NCBI GenBank assembly: GCA_964413165.1
Contig: CAYPSF010000002.1
Location: forward strand, 7,324 to 71,323
Direction of reading: 5' to 3'
Length of the DNA: 64,000 nucleotides
DNA from: an uncultured Bifidobacteriaceae bacterium
GTDB lineage: Bacteria > Verrucomicrobiota > Verrucomicrobiia > Limisphaerales > UBA11358
The notes below the pieces were generated by a model. It was not told the origin of the DNA. It searched no databases and was given only the letters and a program-made list of their open reading frames with translations. Both the position numbers and the translations under genes were made by a program. This document shows positions 57,805 to 64,000 of the stretch, one piece after another; positions within the stretch are counted from its first letter, which is position 1, and each line of letters starts with the position of its first letter.

Positions 57805-60066
57805 TTACGGCCAGGTGACCCGATAATATGCTGCGCTTGGGCCGGCGGAATTATCAACGTTGGTAGTGGTATATGTTTTGGCCGCGGCGGTTATCCCCGT
57901 CGCGACCGTGGTCCACGCAATCGGAGGATTCAAAGCCGCGGCTTTTTGCAGGGTATAGGTTGGCGTGGACAGTGACATTTCCGGCGGTGGTGAATTCCAT
58001 ACGAGCGTAACCGCAGACGGCCCGCCGGGGTAAACCTTCTGGATTCGGAACGGCTCCACTTTCGCATAGCTGACGCCGTCATACCAGGTGCGGTTGGTGC
58101 TGCCGCCAAGAGTGGTGCTGCCCGTCCGCAGGGCATTGCCACCTACGATGATGTTGAGCGTGTTGCTGGCCGAAGCCACAGCTCGCCCGAGATACGCTTG
58201 ATAGAGATAATTGTTGACCGGCGTGGTGTTGGTGAGCACCAGGGCCGTGTCCTCGCTTGCGGCCTGGACCTGTTGGCATTTCTCGGAGCGGAATGTCTGC
58301 ATGTCGCCCGGGGTTAGTCCCGCAAGGATCCGCCAGTCGAGGTTGGTGGTGGCGGTCCCCCAAAAATCGACCCACACATCGTAGGTGCCGGGCCCCGGGG
58401 TGGTCACCTGTGTCGTAATCAGGGGCGGCGTTTCGGCCACCGAATCGGCCGAGCTCAGGACGGTTCCGCCATTGCCGACACCCGCTTGAGAATGCCACTG
58501 GTTGGCTGACGCACTCAAGGTGAGGGTCCCGCCATTGGTCAGCGTGGTGTTGCCGCCGACCCCGGCCGTCGCATCCATGTAATGCATCGGCCCGACGACC
58601 TCCGCCCGATGTTCCACCATGCCGACTGGCGCACAGTCGTAATTCTGCGCAGCGTTGGCAGCATTGTAAGTCCCGCGAAACCAAAGCAGGGCAGTATTGT
58701 TGTTGTCCCACACCGGCACAATCGGACGAAGATTGTCACGAACCGAGTTCTGAGTAATGGGTGTCCAGGCAAAGCTCGCTCCGTGATTGGTGGTGACCCC
58801 TTTCCAGATTTCGCGCACGGCCGAATACGGCTGGTTCGTGTCGAACACGCCGGGCGTGACCGCGCGTGGATCGTACTTCGTGGACAGGTAGATGGTGTTG
58901 GGATTATTCGGGTTGAGAGCGCCAAGGCCGACGTAGTCCGCCTCCGCGGAATACAACTTGTAACCAGCCTGGCATAGATATGTCGAAATCCAATTCGTGC
59001 CGTTCCAGCGGCAGAAAAAGAACGCGTGATTTGGATCCTCCGTGTCGGGGTAGCCGGGCGGGTGAATGAACTGGTTAATGCGCGCATGAATGACGGCCTC
59101 CACGGTGCCATCGGGGTACCACTGCACGTCGGAGTTCCAGCAGCGATAGTTGGTTTGTCCCTGCGGCATCACCGTGCCATTGGAGAACACCAGCATGAAG
59201 TCCGACGAGAGCGGTGCGTTTGTGTCGTTAAGGTTGCCGTCCACCAATGTTCCGTCAGTTTTAAAACTCATGCCGTTGCTGATGTACCCGTGATAGATGC
59301 TGGTGAGCGTGTCTCGTGGATGCGATTCGGTGCAGATAAAGTCAATCCGATCCAGACCATTGTCACAAAATCTGTAGTATCCGGGGTTGTAGCCGGAGCC
59401 CGGATAACTTCGGTTCAGTTTTCCGTAGTATGTCCAAGTGTCGCCGTAGTTGGTCGAAACCAGGATGTTCATGCTCTTGATGTCCAGGGATCGAACGAAG
59501 GTGTAGGTCCGGCCTTCGGCGGGCAGATAGTGGGGATTCGAATAGCTGGCCATTTCGCTGCTGGTGGCGCCGAGGGCTTGCCAGTCGAATGTTGTAGACG
59601 GGCTCCAACTGGTGCCGTCAAAGACACTGAAATAACTCAGAAAGTTTTGGTTGTGACCCGTCCATTGCGCCAGATACTTGCCGTCCGGCCGGACCATCAT
59701 TCCCGGCGTGTTATGATCGTCCGGGCCCAGCGTTCCGCTGGCCAGGATTGTGTACCGTTTCGACGATCCGCTCTGAAGCTCGAACAGGCTGGCTTCAATC
59801 GCTCCATTGCGGGGCGAACCGCCCAAGCCGCTGCCGTTGGCGTCCACCCCCACCACCAGCTTGCCACCCGCCGGATCAACGATGGCGCGCTCGTCTGAAT
59901 ACCACGTCCACGCGCCGTTATCGCTGAACTGGATCAAATTGCCATTGGCGATGTCCTTTGTCTGGGCGCAGGCAACATTGGTCCCGATCAACGCAGCAAG
60001 CACCCCACGCCAAAAGGTCTGCCCGACAGGAGACCCGTAACGGTGAAATGGAGCCTTCATGACCAT
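57805..60066 (-). CDS. Secreted beta-propeller protein (BNR_4-like?) with C-terminal beta-sandwich and FYRL-type (YYRV) end; function unknown
   Basis: Signal peptide. WTWYSDERAIV and GPDDHNTPGMMVRPDGKY resemble BNR-4 repeat family motifs. Ends in ...VTLVWN...AAYYRVTWP. It sits between GH8 and GH115. Confidence 0.45.
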   Translation of the reverse strand: MVMKAPFHRYGSPVGQTFWRGVLAALIGTNVACAQTKDIANGNLIQFSDNGAWTWYSDERAIVDPAGGKLVVGVDANGSGLGGSPRNGAIEASLFELQSGSSKRYTILASGTLGPDDHNTPGMMVRPDGKYLAQWTGHNQNFLSYFSVFDGTSWSPSTTFDWQALGATSSEMASYSNPHYLPAEGRTYTFVRSLDIKSMNILVSTNYGDTWTYYGKLNRSYPGSGYNPGYYRFCDNGLDRIDFICTESHPRDTLTSIYHGYISNGMSFKTDGTLVDGNLNDTNAPLSSDFMLVFSNGTVMPQGQTNYRCWNSDVQWYPDGTVEAVIHARINQFIHPPGYPDTEDPNHAFFFCRWNGTNWISTYLCQAGYKLYSAEADYVGLGALNPNNPNTIYLSTKYDPRAVTPGVFDTNQPYSAVREIWKGVTTNHGASFAWTPITQNSVRDNLRPIVPVWDNNNTALLWFRGTYNAANAAQNYDCAPVGMVEHRAEVVGPMHYMDATAGVGGNTTLTNGGTLTLSASANQWHSQAGVGNGGTVLSSADSVAETPPLITTQVTTPGPGTYDVWVDFWGTATTNLDWRILAGLTPGDMQTFRSEKCQQVQAASEDTALVLTNTTPVNNYLYQAYLGRAVASASNTLNIIVGGNALRTGSTTLGGSTNRTWYDGVSYAKVEPFRIQKVYPGGPSAVTLVWNSPPPEMSLSTPTYTLQKAAALNPPIAWTTVATGITAAAKTYTTTNVDNSAGPSAAYYRVTWP

Positions 60067-60197
60067 GGATGATGAATTAATACACCCTCGACCTTCATTT
60101 TTTCGCTGACCACCACCGGCGGTGTTAAGTGTTAACTTTCGGTAGTGTATTGTTTTCTAATTCTTCGTGGCATCGATTTCAAGAACGAAATCGTAAA

Positions 60198-60227
60198 TCC
60201 AGTCAAAAACATAGTATTGTCCATTCC
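60198..60227 (+). promoter_or_regulatory. Copy C (more divergent) of the conserved cis-element, upstream of the GH115 gene
   Basis: TCCAGTCAAAAACATAGTATTGTCCATTCC, with 22-bp half-site spacing. It is preceded by the inverted repeat CGATTTC-N6-GAAATCG (60173-60192). Confidence 0.45.
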
Positions 60228-60290
60228 CGGATGAGAAAATGTTGCCACCGTAGCACCGAACGCGCGAAAATTGTCCATCGAAACCAGAAC

Positions 60291-63275
60291 ATGCCCATGA
60301 AACCTTCGGTGAAATTTGCTTCACTCCTTTTCTTCGGCCTGCTGTTTTTTGCACGGCACGGCTTCGCTCTCGGCCAGATCCAGTATGTGGAGTCGGTTGC
60401 CGGTCCGGGCAGCTTTCCCGTGGTGGAAAAGTATTCCGCCGCGACTTTGCTGGTGGACAGCAATGATTTTGCCGGGGTTCTTCGCGCCGCCGGCGATCTC
60501 CGGGCGGACGTTGCCCGCCTTACCGGCCTGACACCCGAAATAAGCTGTGACCCGGACCGCCGGGCAACCAACGCCATCATCATCGGGACCATCGGCCGGA
60601 GCCGGATCATCGACCGGCTGATCCGCGAGGGCAAAATTGATGCTTCGCCGATCATCGGCAAATGGGAATCCTTTTTCATTCAGGTCGTGCCGGAACCTTT
60701 GCCCGGGGTCGCCAGCGGACTGGTCATCGCCGGCAGCGACAAGCGGGGAACCATCTATGGCATCTACGATTTGTCCGAATCGATGGGCGTGTCGCCGTGG
60801 TATTGGTGGGCCGATGTGACCCCGGCACACCGGGACGCGCTTTTTGTGAAACCGGGCCGATACCTCCAGGGGCCGCCCGCGGTCAAATACCGCGGCATTT
60901 TCCTGAACGATGAGGCGCCGGACCTGAGTAATTGGATCACCAATACTTTTGGTCTGGTCCCGACCAACAGCAATCCGCCCGTACCTCCGGGCGTTGCCAA
61001 TTACAACCGCCAGTTTTACACCCGCTTGTTCGAATTGATTCTGCGACTGAAGGGCAACTATCTCTGGCCGGCCATGTGGAACAATGCCTTCAACGAGGAT
61101 GATCCGGAAAACCCCCGGCTCGCGGATGAATACGGCGTCGTCATGGGCACCTCGCATCAGGAACCGATGCTCCGGGCCCAAAAAGAATGGGATCGTGGCC
61201 TGGGCCGGCAGTACGGCAGCTGGAATTACAACAACACCAACCAGCAGCCGGTGCTGCAACAATTCTGGCGTGAAGGCGTCCGCCGCAACCGGCCTTACGA
61301 GAGCATCATCACGCTGGGCTTGCGCGCGGAAAATGACAGCGGCCTGCCGATTGGCAGGGATTTGACCGAACAAATTGTGAATACACAGCGGGAGATTCTG
61401 GCCGAAGAGTTCAACACCAATCTCACCAGTGTTCCGCAGATGTGGTGTCTCTACAAAGAAGTTCAAGGGTTCTACAACGAAGGTTTGCGCGTCCCGGATG
61501 ATGTGACGCTCCTGTGGGCCGAGGATAATTGGGGCAACGTCCGCCGCCTGCCGACCGCCGAAGAACGCCAGCGCAGCGGCGGCGCTGGAGTCTATTATCA
61601 TTTCGACTATCATGGCGGTCCGCGCAGCTACCAGTGGATCAACACCAGCCCGATTCCCAAGATCTGGGACCAGCTGTCACTCGCGAAACAATACGGGGCC
61701 GACCGGATCTGGATCGTAAACGTGGGCCACCTCAAGGGCTACGAGTTCCCCCTCGAATATTTCATGAACCTGGCCTGGAACCCGGACCGATGGACCAACA
61801 CCAACCTGGACGAATTCACCTGCCTGTGGGCGGAGCGGGAATTCGGACCGGCCCACGCCAAAGACATTGCCGACATCGTTGCGCAATACACGAAATACAA
61901 CGGCCGCCGCAAACCCGAGTTGCTGGCGCCGGATACCTACAGCCTTGTAAATTATCACGAAGCCGAAAACGTCGTGAGGGATTTCCAAGCCATCACCAGC
62001 CGGGCAGAAGTGATTTACCGCCGGTTGCCCGCGGACAAGCATGCAGCCTTCTACCAGCTCGTGCTCTTCCCGACCAAAGCCTGTTGGCTGCTGAACACAC
62101 TCTATCTCGCCGCCGGGGAGAATGCCCTGTACACCCGCCAGGGCCGCGCCAGCGCCAACGACTGCGCAGCCGAAGCCCGGCTATTGTTCCAAGCCGACAC
62201 GAACTTGATGAACGACTTCAACCAGACCTTCGCCGGCGGCAAGTGGGACCATTTCATGGACCAGTCGCACATCGGTTACACCACGTGGCGCGACCCGGCT
62301 CAAAACAATCTGGGCGCCATCCAGCTCACGGAGATTGAAGTGCCGGAGGCGGCGGCAATGGGCATCGCCGTGGAAGGTTCCGACGAGGCGTGGCCCGCCG
62401 CAACGAATCGCGCCGTCCTCCCGATGTTCGACGTCTTTAACCGTCAGCAGCGGTACATCGACGTGTTCAACAAGGGCAAAACTCCCTTCGCCTTCACCGC
62501 CAGGGCCAGCAAATCCTGGATCACGCTCAGCGAAACCAAAGGCCCCGTCGAAACAGACGAACGCCTCCAGGTGAGCATCAACTGGAACAAAGTTCCCAAA
62601 GGCAAAGCCAGCGGAAACGTCAAGCTCCACGGCGCCGGCACCAGCGTGATTGTGAACGTGAATACCTTCAATCCCACGACAGTCATCCGCGATTCCCTGA
62701 AAGGCTTTGTGGAAGGTGAGGGTTACGTTTCCATCGAGCCGGAGCACTTCACCAGGAAAATTGACGCCGGCGCCAATCGCTGGATCAAGATTGATGACTA
62801 CGGCCGGACCTTGTCCGGCATGCGGGCCGAGGCGCCGGTGGACACGCCCGGCGACATGACAGGGAAAGATGCCCCCTGCCTCGAATTCCAGATGTATTTG
62901 TTCACCACGGGAAAAGTTGATGTTGTCGCCATCACGGGCCCCACCTTGAATTTCGTTCCGGGCCGGGGACTTCACTACGCGGTTTCCTTTGACGATGAGG
63001 TGCCACAAACGGTCACGCTCGTTCCCCAGGAATATAATGCCCAGAACGGAAATCAGGACTGGGAGAAATCGGTAGAAGACAATGCGCGCTACAGCCGCAC
63101 GCAGCACACGTTGACAAAATCCGGACCCCATACGCTTAAATTCTGGATGGTGGATCCCGGCATCGTGTTGCAGAAACTCGTCGTGAACCTCGGGGGCGTG
63201 AAGCCCAGCTACCTTGGTCCGCCGGAAAGCCATCGCCTCAACGGGAAACCAAACCGCCCGGCGGCATCAAACTGA
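60291..63275 (+). CDS. GH115 xylan alpha-1,2-glucuronidase, secreted
   Basis: GSDKRGTIYGIYDLSESMGVSPWYWWADV, YRGIFLNDE and GTSHQEPM are typical of GH115. Signal peptide follows MPMKPSV (ATG 60291). Confidence 0.85.
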   Translation: MPMKPSVKFASLLFFGLLFFARHGFALGQIQYVESVAGPGSFPVVEKYSAATLLVDSNDFAGVLRAAGDLRADVARLTGLTPEISCDPDRRATNAIIIGTIGRSRIIDRLIREGKIDASPIIGKWESFFIQVVPEPLPGVASGLVIAGSDKRGTIYGIYDLSESMGVSPWYWWADVTPAHRDALFVKPGRYLQGPPAVKYRGIFLNDEAPDLSNWITNTFGLVPTNSNPPVPPGVANYNRQFYTRLFELILRLKGNYLWPAMWNNAFNEDDPENPRLADEYGVVMGTSHQEPMLRAQKEWDRGLGRQYGSWNYNNTNQQPVLQQFWREGVRRNRPYESIITLGLRAENDSGLPIGRDLTEQIVNTQREILAEEFNTNLTSVPQMWCLYKEVQGFYNEGLRVPDDVTLLWAEDNWGNVRRLPTAEERQRSGGAGVYYHFDYHGGPRSYQWINTSPIPKIWDQLSLAKQYGADRIWIVNVGHLKGYEFPLEYFMNLAWNPDRWTNTNLDEFTCLWAEREFGPAHAKDIADIVAQYTKYNGRRKPELLAPDTYSLVNYHEAENVVRDFQAITSRAEVIYRRLPADKHAAFYQLVLFPTKACWLLNTLYLAAGENALYTRQGRASANDCAAEARLLFQADTNLMNDFNQTFAGGKWDHFMDQSHIGYTTWRDPAQNNLGAIQLTEIEVPEAAAMGIAVEGSDEAWPAATNRAVLPMFDVFNRQQRYIDVFNKGKTPFAFTARASKSWITLSETKGPVETDERLQVSINWNKVPKGKASGNVKLHGAGTSVIVNVNTFNPTTVIRDSLKGFVEGEGYVSIEPEHFTRKIDAGANRWIKIDDYGRTLSGMRAEAPVDTPGDMTGKDAPCLEFQMYLFTTGKVDVVAITGPTLNFVPGRGLHYAVSFDDEVPQTVTLVPQEYNAQNGNQDWEKSVEDNARYSRTQHTLTKSGPHTLKFWMVDPGIVLQKLVVNLGGVKPSYLGPPESHRLNGKPNRPAASN

Positions 63276-63321
63276 CCGGCCAGCTAGTTGCCGGGCATTT
63301 GTCGTGGAGAAACCTCCCGAA

Positions 63322-63360
63322 TGGAGGATTCTCCATGCAAATCGTAGTATCGTCCATTCC
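63322..63360 (+). promoter_or_regulatory. Copy B of the conserved cis-element, upstream of the GH3 gene
   Basis: TGGAGGATTCTCCATGCAAATCGTAGTATCGTCCATTCC. It is followed by a possible TTGCGA-N16-TATTTT promoter and then ATG 63440. Confidence 0.6.
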
Positions 63361-63439
63361 TGCTCAAGATTGCGATTGAAATACTGCGCGCTATTTTAGA
63401 ACGTGGCAAACATGTCCGAGCCGCTATGCAAAATGTAAC

Positions 63440-64000
63440 ATGAAAAAACCGTTCGCCGCCAACCTGCCGATCTACAAAAACCCCGCGCAACCCGCTGACC
63501 GCCGGGTCAAAGACCTGTTGTCGCGCATGACGCTGGAGGAAAAAGCCGCACAAATGATGTGTGTCTGGCAGAAAAAATCCGAGACGCTGGTGAACGGCGA
63601 TGGGAGCTTTGACCTGCGGAAAGCCAAAGCCGCCTTTAAAAAAAGGCACGGACTCGGCCAGGTCGGCCGTCCCAGCGACGCGGGCAAGGGAAAGAACGCG
63701 CGCGAAATGGCCGAGCTGACCAACGCCATCCAGAAATTTTTCCTCCAAAACAGCCGGCTCGGCATCCCGGTAATGTTTCACGAGGAATGCCTGCACGGCC
63801 AGGCCGGGATCGGCAGCACCAGCTTTTCCCAGCCGATCGGTCTGGGGGCGACGTTCAATCCCGGACTCGTTGAATCGCTCTACGCCATGACCGCCGAAGA
63901 GGCGCGGGTTCGCGGCACACATCAGGCGCTCACCCCGGTCGTGGATGTCGCCCGGGACCCGCGCTGGGGCCGCGTTGAAGAAACTTTCGGCGAGGACCCG
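63440..64000 (+). CDS. GH3 beta-glucosidase/beta-xylosidase, N-terminal 187 codons (runs off the window; absent from the ORF track)
   Basis: Hand translation gives MKKPFAANLPIYKNPAQPADRRVKDLLSRMTLEEKAAQMM...LGIPVMFHEECLHG...VDVARDPRWGRVEETFGEDP, which are classic GH3 N-domain blocks. The frame is open to nt 64000. Confidence 0.85.
   Translation, partial: MKKPFAANLPIYKNPAQPADRRVKDLLSRMTLEEKAAQMMCVWQKKSETLVNGDGSFDLRKAKAAFKKRHGLGQVGRPSDAGKGKNAREMAELTNAIQKFFLQNSRLGIPVMFHEECLHGQAGIGSTSFSQPIGLGATFNPGLVESLYAMTAEEARVRGTHQALTPVVDVARDPRWGRVEETFGEDP

Overview
High-GC bacterial chromosomal segment with PVC-superphylum hallmarks, most likely Verrucomicrobiota (inference). These hallmarks are prepilin-type H-X9-DG proteins, giant autotransporter-associated beta-strand-repeat (PATR) proteins, and a TIGR02999-type ECF sigma factor coupled to a Ser/Thr kinase. 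The window is essentially one hemicellulose-degradation super-locus. (i) 1.0-13 kb is a mannan/galactomannan cluster: 2x GH26, 3x GH5, GH27, cellobiose/mannobiose 2-epimerase-like and a GH130 phosphorylase. (ii) 13.9-31 kb holds an SGNH esterase and an arabinan cluster: 3x GH43, 3x GH51 and a GPH symporter. (iii) 31-38 kb holds a secreted duplicated-domain protein, a prepilin-like protein, a XylR-like regulator and an ECF sigma/kinase pair. (iv) 38-42.4 kb holds uxuA, a GH43 xylosidase and xylA. (v) 42.7-54.6 kb is an operon-like block: AraC regulator, prepilin-like protein, three tandem PATR paralogues. (vi) 54.7-64 kb holds a ROK regulator and a glucuronoxylan set: GH8, a BNR-like propeller, GH115 and a partial GH3. 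I recognised no rRNA, tRNA, CRISPR, transposase or integrase. The most interesting signals are: (a) a twice-repeated module of regulator, pseudopilin-like protein, then large secreted protein; (b) a ~55-aa C-terminal domain ending in FYRL shared by eight secreted proteins; (c) a conserved ~39-bp cis-element upstream of four xylan/xylose genes; (d) mosaic, recombining PATR paralogues; (e) palindromic repeat elements bracketing the GH27 gene. All family assignments come from motif recognition by eye, with no searches run. Small-motif coordinates were hand-counted and may be off by 1-2 nt.
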